A DNA stretch of 64,000 nt from Bacteroidota bacterium (lineage in GTDB: Bacteria > Bacteroidota > Ignavibacteria > UBA10030 > SZUA-254): contig DASQAZ010000055.1 of the NCBI GenBank assembly GCA_035635475.1, positions 9,035 through 73,034 on the forward strand, written 5' to 3'. Made by a program: the position numbers and the translations under genes. Below are positions 53,313-62,824 of this stretch, in pieces; within the stretch, counting starts at the first letter, position 1, and each line of letters begins with the position of its first letter. A model generated the notes under the pieces. It did not search any database, had not been told where the DNA came from, and saw only the letters and a program-made list of their open reading frames with translations.

Positions 53313-55329
53313 TGGTGGCTTTCAACGCTTGTTCTTGTCCATTTGTCCGGCGCTCGACCGGGGGCAGGGTTTCTCCGCGGATCACTTTATCGATCTCCTC
53401 GCCGTCGAGGATTTCGCGTTCGAGAAGTGCCGCGGCGAGGCGGTGCAGCGCCTCGATGTTATCGCGGAGGATGATTTCGGCCCGCTCCATCCCCTTCATG
53501 ATGATCTTCTTTACCTCCTCATCGATGGCTATCGAGGTTTGCTCCGAATAGTTCTTCGACCGTGTGATCTCTCGCCCAAGAAAGATTTCTTCTTCCTTCG
53601 CGCCGTAGGCGAGGGGTCCCAGCCGGTCGCTCATGCCCCACTCGCAGACCATTTTGTGGGCGAGATTTGTAGCCCGTTCGATGTCGTTGCCGGCGCCGGT
53701 CGTAAACTGGTTGAAGACGAGTTGTTCCGCCGCCCTCCCTCCGAGAGCATACGCAATCATGGCTTCGAGGTATTCCTTCGAGTAGGTATGTTTCTCGTCG
53801 ATCGGCAGGTAGGTCGTGACCCCGAGCGCCCGGCCGCGTGGGATGATCGTTACCTTGTGCACGGGATCGGCTTCCGGGACCTTTCTGGCGACGAGAACGT
53901 GTCCCGACTCGTGGTAGGCCGTTATTTTTTTCTCGGCATCGGAGATAATGAGGCTCTTCCGCTCGATCCCCATCATGACTTTGTCTTTGGCGTCTTCAAA
54001 ATGCTGCATCGTAACCGCTTTCTGGTTCTGGCGCGCGGCCAGAAGGGCGGCTTCATTGACAAGATTGGCCAAATCGGCTCCCGCGAGTCCGGGAGTGCCC
54101 TTGGCGAGGACATCGAGCTTTACATCGTCGTCCAGAGGAATGTTCCGCGTGTGCACTTTCAGAATTCCCTCGCGCCCGCGAACATCGGGCCGGTCAACAA
54201 CCACTTGCCGGTCGAACCGGCCGGGCCTTAACAGTGCGGGGTCGAGCACGTCGGGCCTGTTCGTCGCGGCGATGATAATGACGCCGCTATTCTGCTCGAA
54301 TCCGTCCATCTCAACGAGGAGTTGGTTCAGCGTCTGTTCGCGCTCATCGTGCCCTCCGCCCAGTCCTGCGCCCCGGTGACGGCCGACGGCATCGATTTCG
54401 TCTATGAATATAATCGCGGGGGCATTCTTCTTTCCGGTCTCGAACAAATCCCTCACGCGGCTTGCGCCGACACCGACAAACATCTCGACAAATTCAGCGC
54501 CGGAGATCGAGAAGAAGGGGACTCCCGCCTCGCCCGCCACTGCCCGGGCGAGAAGCGTCTTGCCCGTGCCGGGCGGACCCAGTAAGAGCACGCCCCGCGG
54601 AATTTTCCCGCCGAGCCGCTGGAACTTGGAGGGTTCCTTCAGAAACTCGATGATCTCCTGCAGCTCGACCTTCGCTTCGTCGGCGCCGGCAACATCCTGG
54701 AACGTTACCTTCGGCGAGCCTTCATTGATGCTCTTCGCCCGGCTCTTGCCGAATGAAAAAATACCTTTCGTGCCGATCCCCTGCATCCGCCTCATGATGA
54801 TAAGCCAGACAACAAACAGAAGCACCCACGGCAGCACGCTGAGGAGCGCGTTCATCCACGTATTGTCTTCCTTCGTGATCGTGAAGCGAATCTCCTTGTC
54901 GTTCCATTCTTTCACAACCGTTCCGTCGATATACGGGAGAGTCACGACAAAACGCTGAGCCGGAATGGTCCTCCCGCTGGAGGTGGTGACGTCCACGGGC
55001 TTTTTCAGGATCCCGTGAAAGTCGTAGTTATTGAGATCCGACTTCTTGATCGTCGCGCTCGAGATCAGTCCGTCTTTCAGGAGGGACTGATATTGCGTAT
55101 AGTCCAATTCATATTCGGTCCCTTCCTGTGACTTGAAGAGTGTCATCACGATGAACACTCCGAGGATGATGGCCGACCAGCTCAGAACGACTTTGAGGAC
55201 TTTCCCCCAGTTGAAATCGTCGTCGCCGCGGAATTGGTTCTTGGTGGGCCGGTTTCTGCGGGGCCTCGGAAGCTTCCGGCGCAGCTTGCTGTCATTCATG
55301 CGCTTTAAGTCCTGTGGATCTTTTTCCAT
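53263..55329 (-). CDS. ftsH: ATP-dependent zinc metalloprotease FtsH
   Basis: 688 aa. [40 protein letters not shown]. Confidence 0.98.
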   Translation of the reverse strand: MEKDPQDLKRMNDSKLRRKLPRPRRNRPTKNQFRGDDDFNWGKVLKVVLSWSAIILGVFIVMTLFKSQEGTEYELDYTQYQSLLKDGLISSATIKKSDLNNYDFHGILKKPVDVTTSSGRTIPAQRFVVTLPYIDGTVVKEWNDKEIRFTITKEDNTWMNALLSVLPWVLLFVVWLIIMRRMQGIGTKGIFSFGKSRAKSINEGSPKVTFQDVAGADEAKVELQEIIEFLKEPSKFQRLGGKIPRGVLLLGPPGTGKTLLARAVAGEAGVPFFSISGAEFVEMFVGVGASRVRDLFETGKKNAPAIIFIDEIDAVGRHRGAGLGGGHDEREQTLNQLLVEMDGFEQNSGVIIIAATNRPDVLDPALLRPGRFDRQVVVDRPDVRGREGILKVHTRNIPLDDDVKLDVLAKGTPGLAGADLANLVNEAALLAARQNQKAVTMQHFEDAKDKVMMGIERKSLIISDAEKKITAYHESGHVLVARKVPEADPVHKVTIIPRGRALGVTTYLPIDEKHTYSKEYLEAMIAYALGGRAAEQLVFNQFTTGAGNDIERATNLAHKMVCEWGMSDRLGPLAYGAKEEEIFLGREITRSKNYSEQTSIAIDEEVKKIIMKGMERAEIILRDNIEALHRLAAALLEREILDGEEIDKVIRGETLPPVERRTNGQEQALKATIDEQSRPDQNGDIQKS

Positions 55330-55337
55330 ATGTTATT

Positions 55338-55904
55338 CTAACGCTTTCCGGCATTCGTTCGTTCATTGGCAATGCGGTAGATCGCCCGAAGATTTCTGTC
55401 CTTCTGCGAATAATCGAGCCCGTACCCGATGACGAAATAGTTCGGAATGACGAATCCGACATAATCGATCGGCACGGGAATTTTCGCCGCATCCTTCTTA
55501 TACAATAATGTTACGACCTTGTACGACCGCGGCTTTTGCTGAGAGACGAGCCGGATCATGAAGTCGACCGAGAGTCCCGAGTCGACAATGTCTTCGACGA
55601 TAATAATATCTCTCCCTTCGACCTGGCAATTGAGCTCCTTTAACAATGTCACGTTCCCCGAGCTGATCTTCGCATCGCCGTAGCTCGAAAGCTTCATGAA
55701 ATCGATCTCGCAGTCGATGCTGACATTCCTGATCAGGTCCGCCATGAAGACGAAGGCGCCGTTGAGAATCCCGATGAAAATCGGGACCCGCCCCTTATAC
55801 TCCTTGCTGACTTTCCTGCCTAACTCCTTCACGCGCGCCTGGATCCTTTTCTCCGTCAGAAAGAGGACAAACCGGTCGTTATTGACCCTCAAATATTTCT
55901 TCAT
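55338..55904 (-). CDS. hpt: hypoxanthine phosphoribosyltransferase
   Basis: 188 aa. DIIIVEDIVDSGLS PRPP motif. Located between tilS and ftsH. Confidence 0.93.
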   Translation of the reverse strand: MKKYLRVNNDRFVLFLTEKRIQARVKELGRKVSKEYKGRVPIFIGILNGAFVFMADLIRNVSIDCEIDFMKLSSYGDAKISSGNVTLLKELNCQVEGRDIIIVEDIVDSGLSVDFMIRLVSQQKPRSYKVVTLLYKKDAAKIPVPIDYVGFVIPNYFVIGYGLDYSQKDRNLRAIYRIANERTNAGKR

Positions 55905-57301
55905 TCAATCCGTGCATCCCGGGGGGTATATTCCAGCTTCAAAATTCGCACAGTTTTCGACGTAATCTTGTGCCGCTCATCGAGCCGCATGCCGCAAATC
56001 CAGACGATTTCGCCGTTTGAAACAAGAATCGGAATCGCCGTCTTTTGAAATAACGGAATTTTTTCGTCAATAAAAAAATCGCTCAATTTCTTCTTCTCCT
56101 GCATGCCGAGCGGAATGAACCAGTCTCCTTCCTTCCAGTTCCTGAGGAGGCATTCCGGGGCCAGTGTATCGGCATCGACAAACTCGATGTTCGGGTCGGT
56201 GGAAAGGAGGGCCTGGGCGGATGCGGCCGACCCGAAGCCAAACCGGTCGAACTGGTAGATGCGTTTGAGCTCAATGCGGTGCTGGAAGGGAGTCAGCCGG
56301 TTATTCCGCAAGAAGATCAATTGGTCGCGGTTCCGGTAGAAGACGGCGTCTTTGGCGATTGAACACGAGGTTCCCGTCTCTCCGCCAGCGACGCGAAGCA
56401 TGGTCTTCACAGTTCCGAAATCGATTTCCCTCGCCGTAAACTCCCGGGCCGCGTGCAGGAGCACGTGCTCCTGCAGAAACACCGGCTGCACCCGGAACGC
56501 CGTCAGATCGAGGATGACGCTACCCTCAGAACCCGCGACGAGCAGTCCGGGCATGACCTTCCCGACTTGCTCTTTCAGGTAATCTTCCAATTGATCGAAC
56601 AGCTCCGCGGTCCTGCTCAAGGTGCGGATAAGATTCGGGTTAATATTCTGCCGGATGAGCGGAATCACATCGTGCCGCAGGAAGTTTCTGGTGTACTGAC
56701 GGTCTGCATTCGATGCATCTTCCCGATAGGATAATTTCCGGTCGGCGGCATATTCCCCGATCTGTTTTCGCGTTGCGAAGAGGAGGGGGCGAATGATGGA
56801 TTGATCGTTTCTTCGCACAGGGATGCCGGAGAGCCCGTGCACCCCGGCCCCGCGGAAAAGGTTGAACAGGATCGTTTCCGCATTGTCGTCTGCATGATGG
56901 GCTGTTGCAATTTTCTGGTATCCAAGCGAGGAACGGAGCCTGTCGAAGAACGCGTAGCGGAGATTCCGACCGCATTCCTCAACCGAGAGCTTTTGCGCTT
57001 CGGCGACCGCCCGGGTATTCGCGCGCTCCACGTAACATTCGAGTCCGCGCGCCAGGGCAACCGACCGGAGCAATGCCTCATCCCGGTCGGCTTCGATTCC
57101 GCGGAGCTGATGGTTGAAATGCGCCACCGAGAGCGTGAGCTGGGATTCCCGCTTGATATTGTCAAGAGCATCCAGCATCACCATCGAATCAAGACCGCCG
57201 CTGACCGCCAGAATGATCTTTTCGCCGCGGTCGATGAGCCGAAAATCACGGATGAATCTCCTCATCTTGCCGAGGAATGGCTCAGTCGAGGTCATTTCCA
57301 A
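55901..57301 (-). CDS. tilS: tRNA(Ile)-lysidine synthase
   Basis: 466 aa. ILAVSGGLDSMVM PP-loop. ATGA overlap with hpt. Confidence 0.93.
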   Translation of the reverse strand: MEMTSTEPFLGKMRRFIRDFRLIDRGEKIILAVSGGLDSMVMLDALDNIKRESQLTLSVAHFNHQLRGIEADRDEALLRSVALARGLECYVERANTRAVAEAQKLSVEECGRNLRYAFFDRLRSSLGYQKIATAHHADDNAETILFNLFRGAGVHGLSGIPVRRNDQSIIRPLLFATRKQIGEYAADRKLSYREDASNADRQYTRNFLRHDVIPLIRQNINPNLIRTLSRTAELFDQLEDYLKEQVGKVMPGLLVAGSEGSVILDLTAFRVQPVFLQEHVLLHAAREFTAREIDFGTVKTMLRVAGGETGTSCSIAKDAVFYRNRDQLIFLRNNRLTPFQHRIELKRIYQFDRFGFGSAASAQALLSTDPNIEFVDADTLAPECLLRNWKEGDWFIPLGMQEKKKLSDFFIDEKIPLFQKTAIPILVSNGEIVWICGMRLDERHKITSKTVRILKLEYTPRDARIE

Positions 57302-57363
57302 ACTCGTTTCGGTAAAAAAAATGCCCTTCAGACTGCCGGATCTGGAAGGGGGATCTCAGGACG

Positions 57364-57437
57364 TAGCGGAGGAGGGAGTCGAACCCCCGACACACGGATT
57401 ATGATTCCGTTGCTCTAACCAACTGAGCTACTCCGCC
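57364..57437 (-). tRNA. tRNA with CAT anticodon (elongator Met or Ile2, undetermined)
   Basis: Minus strand: GGCGGAG/CTCCGCT acceptor (G1-U72 wobble), GCTC-AGTTGGTTA-GAGC D arm, ACGGA-ATCATAA-TCCGT anticodon arm, GGGGG-TTCGACT-CCCTC T arm, discriminator A. 74 nt. Not initiator-like: it lacks the three consecutive G-C pairs in the anticodon stem and has no C1xA72 mismatch. Confidence 0.85.
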
Positions 57438-57450
57438 GTAAGTACTTGAA

Positions 57451-57479
57451 AATATACCACAAAAACGCGCGACATGCAA
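57451..57479 (-). promoter_or_regulatory. sigma70-type promoter for the tRNA(CAU)-tilS operon
   Basis: Minus strand TTGCAT (57479-57474), 17-nt spacer, TATATT (57456-57451). The tRNA 5' end lies 13 nt after the -10. Confidence 0.55.
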
Positions 57480-57498
57480 GGATTTACCCGGTTTCTCG

Positions 57499-57527
57499 TT
57501 GACTTTCGCGAGGAACATCTCTATCTT
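57499..57527 (+). promoter_or_regulatory. sigma70-type promoter for hpnCDE
   Basis: TTGACT (57499-57504), 17-nt spacer, TATCTT (57522-57527). Confidence 0.5.
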
Positions 57528-57556
57528 ACCGGAGTTTTCCCAATCGTCCCTGAAGT

Positions 57557-58540
57557 GTGATGGAAGACTTCACAACATCGTTCAGCGCTCCGGCGCAGTT
57601 TTCTGAAACGACGGTCTCGAGCACATGGGTGGCCGCTCCCTTGCCGAGCCGGCCTACGCCGGATGAGGCGTTCAAGTACTGCGCGGCAATTGCCGCCGAA
57701 CATGCGGAAAACTTTCCGGTGGCGTCCCTTTTTTTGCCTGAGGAGAAGCGGCCGTATCTCCAGGCAATTTATGCGTTCAGCAGGATTGCAGACGACTTTG
57801 CCGACGAGCTGGACGTGAGCCCGGGAGAGCGGCTCGCGAGGCTGCAGGACTGGGAAACGATGCTGGCAGACTCGTTCAATGGGCGTGCCGACCACCCGGT
57901 GTTCGTTGCGCTGGCGGAGACATTCAACCGGTGCCACATCCCGATTGAGCCATTTTCTGATTTACTGAGCGCGTTCAAACGAGATGTCGTCCAGAATCGC
58001 TATGAATCGTTTGAGGACCTCCTCTCCTACTGCCGATGTTCGGCGAATCCGGTGGGCCGGCTCGTCCTCATGGTTTTCGGTCATCGGGATGAAGCGATTT
58101 TCAAATGCTCGGACGCAATCTGCACCGCCCTGCAGCTCACAAATTTCTGGCAGGATATCTTTGTCGACCTGAAGAAGAACCGGCTGTATCTACCCCTTGA
58201 AGATTTAAACCGCTTCGGTTACACCGAGGATCTGTGGCGGCGCGGCGTCGCCGACGAGCGGTTCAGGGCGCTCCTGGGGTTCGAAATTGATCGTACGAAA
58301 GCTCTTTTTTACGACGGCGCCGGACTCCCGTCCCAGGTGGAACGAGAACTATCGGTTGAGCTAAGAATGGTCTGGTTCGGGGGGATGGCGATCCTCAAGA
58401 AGCTTGAACGGCGTGGTGTTGCGCCTTCCTCGAGGCCGAGCCTTACTGGAATCGATAAGGCCGGGATCCTCTTCCGGTCGCTTTTCTATAACGACCTGAG
58501 CCGTTACGGCAGAAAGAAGAAACAGTGGGATCTGACCTAG
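57557..58540 (+). CDS. hpnC: HpnC-type squalene/phytoene synthase family enzyme (hydroxysqualene synthase)
   Basis: 327 aa. AENFPVASLFLPEEKRPYLQAIYAFSRIADDFADE (HpnC-type ENFPVAS motif plus DDxxD), second Asp-rich region. Confidence 0.85.
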   Translation: MMEDFTTSFSAPAQFSETTVSSTWVAAPLPSRPTPDEAFKYCAAIAAEHAENFPVASLFLPEEKRPYLQAIYAFSRIADDFADELDVSPGERLARLQDWETMLADSFNGRADHPVFVALAETFNRCHIPIEPFSDLLSAFKRDVVQNRYESFEDLLSYCRCSANPVGRLVLMVFGHRDEAIFKCSDAICTALQLTNFWQDIFVDLKKNRLYLPLEDLNRFGYTEDLWRRGVADERFRALLGFEIDRTKALFYDGAGLPSQVERELSVELRMVWFGGMAILKKLERRGVAPSSRPSLTGIDKAGILFRSLFYNDLSRYGRKKKQWDLT

Positions 58541-59388
58541 TATTGACGCCGCTGCGGCCCGGTTTGACCGGCGTGAGATCAAGCTTTCGCTATTCGTTTG
58601 CATTTCTTCCGAGGTCTCAACGCGATGCCCTGAAGGCCGTCTATGCCTTCTGCAGGATGACCGACGATATCGCGGACAGCCCCGAGGCCGGCGGGCTCAA
58701 CCGGAGGATCGAGCTTCTGCGGAAATGGAGGGAGGAGCTCGAGAGCGCATTCCGCGGCCAGTCGGGCTACGCCGTTCTCAACCGCCTCAGCGCCATTGCG
58801 AAACGATTCAATATCCCTGTCATGCATTTCTACGACCTTCTGCGGGGCGTTGAGATGGACTTGACGAAGAACCGGTACGCGACGTTTGAGGAGCTGAAAG
58901 AGTATTGCACACTCGTGGCATCATCCGTGGGTCTGATGACGCTCGAAATTTTCGGTCCGAGGAACGCCAGAACGCGCGAATATGCAGTCAACCTCGGCAT
59001 CGCACTTCAGTTGACGAATATCCTGCGGGACGTCGGGATCGACGGATCGTACGGGAGGATTTATCTTCCGGCGGAAGACCTGCGAAGATTCGGTTATTCG
59101 GAATCCGACCTCCTCGCGCGGACTTATACTCCTCAGTTTCGAGCGCTGATGGAATTTGAGACCGCCCGGGCTGAGGAGTACTTTGAGCGGGCCCGCGCGC
59201 TTCTTCCCGCAGAAGACCGGCGTGCGATGTTCGCTCCGAAGATCATGGAACGGATCTATTTCCACACCCTGCTCCGGATCAAGCAGGCCGATTACAATGT
59301 CCTCGACCATACTGTCTCCCTCCCCCGGTTTTTGCAGTTCCTGATTGCGCTGAAGTACTGGGTGAAGCAGCGGCTGCTCGGCCGTTGA
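58525..59388 (+). CDS. hpnD: HpnD-type squalene/phytoene synthase family enzyme (presqualene diphosphate synthase)
   Basis: 287 aa from GTG 58525. Start uncertain: in-frame TTG 58543 or GTG 58573 are possible. SSFRYSFAFLPRSQRDALKAVYAFCRMTDDIAD, NILRDVGIDGSYGRIYLP. Confidence 0.85.
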   Translation: MGSDLVLTPLRPGLTGVRSSFRYSFAFLPRSQRDALKAVYAFCRMTDDIADSPEAGGLNRRIELLRKWREELESAFRGQSGYAVLNRLSAIAKRFNIPVMHFYDLLRGVEMDLTKNRYATFEELKEYCTLVASSVGLMTLEIFGPRNARTREYAVNLGIALQLTNILRDVGIDGSYGRIYLPAEDLRRFGYSESDLLARTYTPQFRALMEFETARAEEYFERARALLPAEDRRAMFAPKIMERIYFHTLLRIKQADYNVLDHTVSLPRFLQFLIALKYWVKQRLLGR

Positions 59389-59412
59389 TTGTCGAGCCGA
59401 TCCCAAAGCCTC

Positions 59413-60786
59413 ATGTCACCGACGCGGAAGTCCAGTCATTCCTCCAAGAGCTCCCGCCCTGATGTGGTTATCATCGGCGGCGGCCTGAGCGGCCTTGCGG
59501 CTGCAGTCGAGCTCGCCTCGCGCGGGGCGTCTGTCGTTCTCTGTGAACAGGCCCCACGGCTCGGGGGGAGGTGTTACTCCTATGTCGACCGGAAGACCGG
59601 AGACGTGGTCGACAATGGCCAGCATCTTCTCATCGGCGCGAACCACCATGTGCTCAATTATCTCGAGCGGACGGGGGCCCGCGCGCATCTGAGAAAGCGG
59701 CGGGAAACCGGTTTGCCGCTTCACCACCCTGTTAAGGGGATGACCACGTTCGAAATCCCGAGCTTTCGGCAGCCTCTCCGTCTGGCAAGAGGCATCCTAA
59801 AAAAAAACCTCCTGACCCTTCGGGACCGGAGGAAGCTCATGAACGTTGCGTCCGCCCTGAGCGGATTAGATCCGCACTCCGAGAGAGTGCTGGCATCGGT
59901 AACGGTGGAGCAGTGGTTGACGGCCCTCGGTCAATCCGAGGAGGCAAGGATCTGCCTCTGGTATCCCATCGCGGTTTCCGTGATGAACGATTTGCCCGAG
60001 AGGTCATCTGCGCTTCTTTTTGCGCGCGCCTTGAAACTGGCGTTGATGGGCGCACCGTCAGACTCATCCATCCTTCTGCCGTCTGTCGGACAGTCGGAGC
60101 TCTACGTCGATGGTGCCTCCGAGTACCTGAACGCCAGAAAGGCGGCGCTGCTGAAAAACACCCAGGTCAGATCGCTCGAGATCAAGGGGTCTGAGGTTTC
60201 CGCCGTGGTGTTGAATGACGGCACCCGCATCCGGCCTTCCTGGGTAATCAGCACCGTGCCGTACTTCTCGCTCGGAAGCCTTATCCCCCGGAAGCTGAAG
60301 CGAGAAAAGCCATTCGGCGGCCTCGGTCGGATTGAGAGCTCGCCCATCGTCTCCTTCCATTTTTGGTTCGACAAGGATTTCATGGAGATGGATTTTCTGG
60401 GATTGATCGGGAGGAGGATTCAGTGGGTCTTCAACCGGCGAAGGATCATGGGGGAAGATCAAAAACAAACCGGCTACGTCACGGCAATCATCAGCGGGGC
60501 CCGCCGGTATGTCGACCTGCCGGGGGCCGATTTGCGATCGATTGCGCTGGAGGATCTCCGAAGCGCGTTCCCCGGCATGGACGGCTCGAGACTCCTCTTC
60601 TCTATTATTATAAAGGAAAAACGAGCGACGTTTTCCCCCACATGCGATGTCGAGAGCCTTCGCCCATTTCCGGAAACGCCGATTCGAAATTTTTTTCTGG
60701 GGGGCGACTGGACGAACACCGGCCTGCCGGCCACGCTCGAAGGCGCGGTCATCAGCGGTTACACGGCGGCTGCCCGAATACGGTGA
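59413..60786 (+). CDS. hpnE: HpnE-type FAD-dependent amine-oxidase-family enzyme (hydroxysqualene dehydroxylase)
   Basis: ATG 59413 (track TTG 59389). DVVIIGGGLSGLAAAVELASRGASVVLCEQAPRLGGR dinucleotide fold. C-terminal GGDWTNTGLPATLEGAVISG. Confidence 0.85.
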   Translation: MSPTRKSSHSSKSSRPDVVIIGGGLSGLAAAVELASRGASVVLCEQAPRLGGRCYSYVDRKTGDVVDNGQHLLIGANHHVLNYLERTGARAHLRKRRETGLPLHHPVKGMTTFEIPSFRQPLRLARGILKKNLLTLRDRRKLMNVASALSGLDPHSERVLASVTVEQWLTALGQSEEARICLWYPIAVSVMNDLPERSSALLFARALKLALMGAPSDSSILLPSVGQSELYVDGASEYLNARKAALLKNTQVRSLEIKGSEVSAVVLNDGTRIRPSWVISTVPYFSLGSLIPRKLKREKPFGGLGRIESSPIVSFHFWFDKDFMEMDFLGLIGRRIQWVFNRRRIMGEDQKQTGYVTAIISGARRYVDLPGADLRSIALEDLRSAFPGMDGSRLLFSIIIKEKRATFSPTCDVESLRPFPETPIRNFFLGGDWTNTGLPATLEGAVISGYTAAARIR

Positions 60787-60810
60787 GGGTCGCTCCGGAT
60801 CCGGCCTGAT

Positions 60811-61407
60811 TTACGCAACGAGCGGGGCGAGGATCTTCATCACCAGGGGCTGGAGGGGGATCAGAGCCGCGTACACGGCGAGCGCCACAAGCCATTTCCA
60901 TTTCACAGAGTTCATTTCGTGAATGATGGCAACCGCCACGAAGAGAAGCGTCAGCGAGAGGAAACAAAGCACGACGATCTCGGCGGTCGGATTGTGCGCG
61001 ACGGAGAGAACCGCACCATTCTGGACCGGGGGGATCATCGTCCTCGGACGGAAGAATAGTTGAATGAAGAGCGTCAGCGTTTCGGGGAGCCGGACGACCG
61101 CATTAACGAACGCCAGGGCTCCAAGGAAAAGGATCTTTGGAAAGCGGAGGAAGCCTGCAAATGAAATAAGCGCAGCGAGCAACGTCACGGAAGGGGCCGC
61201 CACAGTTTCGAACATCGCTCTCCGAAAACTGTTTCCCGGCATCCCGGCCGATGTGGACGCGGCCGCGAGGCGGTGGGCGACAAGATCCGAGAACTCTTGA
61301 ACTAACATCGATACGACAATTGCACCGATCACCGACGGGATTCCCAGCAACAGGAGCTTCCGCGTCGATAGCGTGGGCTCGTCATCAAAGTGCGGCATGA
61401 GCAGCAT
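60811..61407 (-). CDS. hypothetical membrane protein with about 5 TM segments
   Basis: 198 aa. Hydrophobic segments only, no recognised motif. Convergent with hpnE. Confidence 0.5.
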   Translation of the reverse strand: MLLMPHFDDEPTLSTRKLLLLGIPSVIGAIVVSMLVQEFSDLVAHRLAAASTSAGMPGNSFRRAMFETVAAPSVTLLAALISFAGFLRFPKILFLGALAFVNAVVRLPETLTLFIQLFFRPRTMIPPVQNGAVLSVAHNPTAEIVVLCFLSLTLLFVAVAIIHEMNSVKWKWLVALAVYAALIPLQPLVMKILAPLVA

Positions 61408-61537
61408 TCCTCGATTGTGGTTCGTGGCTTGATTGATGGACGCCTAAGGTAATGGATTTAGAGGATAGTTTCAAGTTGTTGATTTTTCGTGAACAAAGGG
61501 CTACCTTGACATTCCGAGCCAGTCACTGCGCGAGAAA

Positions 61538-62824
61538 ATGAGCAAATCTGCCGAGAGTCTTTTTGAGGAACTGAAATGGAGAGAGTTTCTCCACACGGCG
61601 ACCGAGGGAGTGGAGGGCGAACTCTCAAAGTCCGGCGTGACGGGTTACATCGGGTTCGATCCGACTGCTTCGAGCCTCCATGTCGGCTCCCTCCTTCCCA
61701 TCATGGGTCTTGTCCACCTGCAGCGGCACGGCCATAGTCCGATCGCCATCGCGGGCGGCGGCACCGGAATGATCGGCGATCCCAGCGGGAAAACGCAGGA
61801 GCGGAAGTTACTATCAAAGGGGGATATCGAGCGGAACCTCGAAGGGATCCGGAGCCAGCTTTCACATTTTCTGGATTTTAAAAAGGCGGGCAATTCCGCC
61901 CGGATCGTGAATAATGCGGAATGGCTCACAACCATCTCGTTAATGGAATTCCTTCGGGATGTCGGGAAATTCTTCTCCATTAACGACATGCTGGCCAAGG
62001 ATTCTGTCAAGTCGCGCATCGAGCAGCAGCAGGGGATGTCATTCACCGAGTTTACCTATTCTCTCCTGCAGTCGTATGACTACCTCCAGTTGTACGACCG
62101 CTACCGGTGCACGCTGCAAATGGGGGGAAGCGATCAGTGGGGCAACATCGTCGCCGGAGTCGAACTCATCCGCCGAATGCGAGGGGCGAATGTACACGGA
62201 ATTGTCTTCCCGTTGCTGGAAACTTCGAAAGGCGAGAAATTCGGAAAGACGGAGGCTGGAGCCGTGTGGCTCGACCCTGTCAGGACTTCGCCTTATAAGT
62301 TCTATCAGTTCTGGTTTAATACCGGGGACCGGGACGTCATCAAGTACCTGAAGCTTTTCACGCTTCTATCAAAAGAAAGAATTACGGAGCTGGAGTCGAA
62401 GCACCAATCAGCTCCGGGAGAACGGGAGGCGCAGAGATCGCTGGCGTCCGAGGTAACGGGGACGGTGCATGGTGAGAGTGCGCTCGGGCAGGCGCTGCGC
62501 GCATCGAAGATTTTCTTCGGCGGCGAAATCACCGGCGTGGACGAGAACGAATTGCTTGATATTTTCGGCGATGTCCCATCCACCGAAATACCGAAGGCAA
62601 AACTCAGCGATCCCGGGGCACCGCTGATCGATCTGTTGGTCGCCGGCGGTGCGGCGAAGTCGAAGGGCGAAGCTCGCCGCGCCGTTGAGGGAGGGGGAAT
62701 CTATGTGAACAACATTCGCGTCACAGAAGCCGATAAAAACCTTACGCTCCGGGAGACGCTCAAGGGTAAGTTTATCGTCCTCCGGAAAGGTGCCAGGAAT
62801 TATCTCCTGGTCAAAGCCGTCTGA
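61538..62824 (+). CDS. tyrS: tyrosyl-tRNA synthetase
   Basis: 428 aa. GFDPTASSLHVGSLLP (HIGH-type), KFGKTE (KMSKS-type), C-terminal S4-like domain. Confidence 0.96.
   Translation: MSKSAESLFEELKWREFLHTATEGVEGELSKSGVTGYIGFDPTASSLHVGSLLPIMGLVHLQRHGHSPIAIAGGGTGMIGDPSGKTQERKLLSKGDIERNLEGIRSQLSHFLDFKKAGNSARIVNNAEWLTTISLMEFLRDVGKFFSINDMLAKDSVKSRIEQQQGMSFTEFTYSLLQSYDYLQLYDRYRCTLQMGGSDQWGNIVAGVELIRRMRGANVHGIVFPLLETSKGEKFGKTEAGAVWLDPVRTSPYKFYQFWFNTGDRDVIKYLKLFTLLSKERITELESKHQSAPGEREAQRSLASEVTGTVHGESALGQALRASKIFFGGEITGVDENELLDIFGDVPSTEIPKAKLSDPGAPLIDLLVAGGAAKSKGEARRAVEGGGIYVNNIRVTEADKNLTLRETLKGKFIVLRKGARNYLLVKAV

Noticed and set aside
60787-60810. CCGGATCCGG palindrome between convergent hpnE and the 5-TM gene; also CGACCGG-N11-CCGGTCG at 51624-51648 between the convergent Fe-S and GroES-like genes
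   Set aside because: Possible bidirectional terminators, but the stems are short, have no loop or no T-tract, and one overlaps a coding 3' end. Too weak to annotate.
61408-61537. Possible T-box or other leader upstream of tyrS
   Set aside because: The spacer is only 130 nt, too short for a T-box. I could not find a specifier-loop/T-box (AGGGUGGNACCGCG-like) sequence or a terminator/antiterminator pair. Only weak TTGATT/TACCTT hexamers are present.
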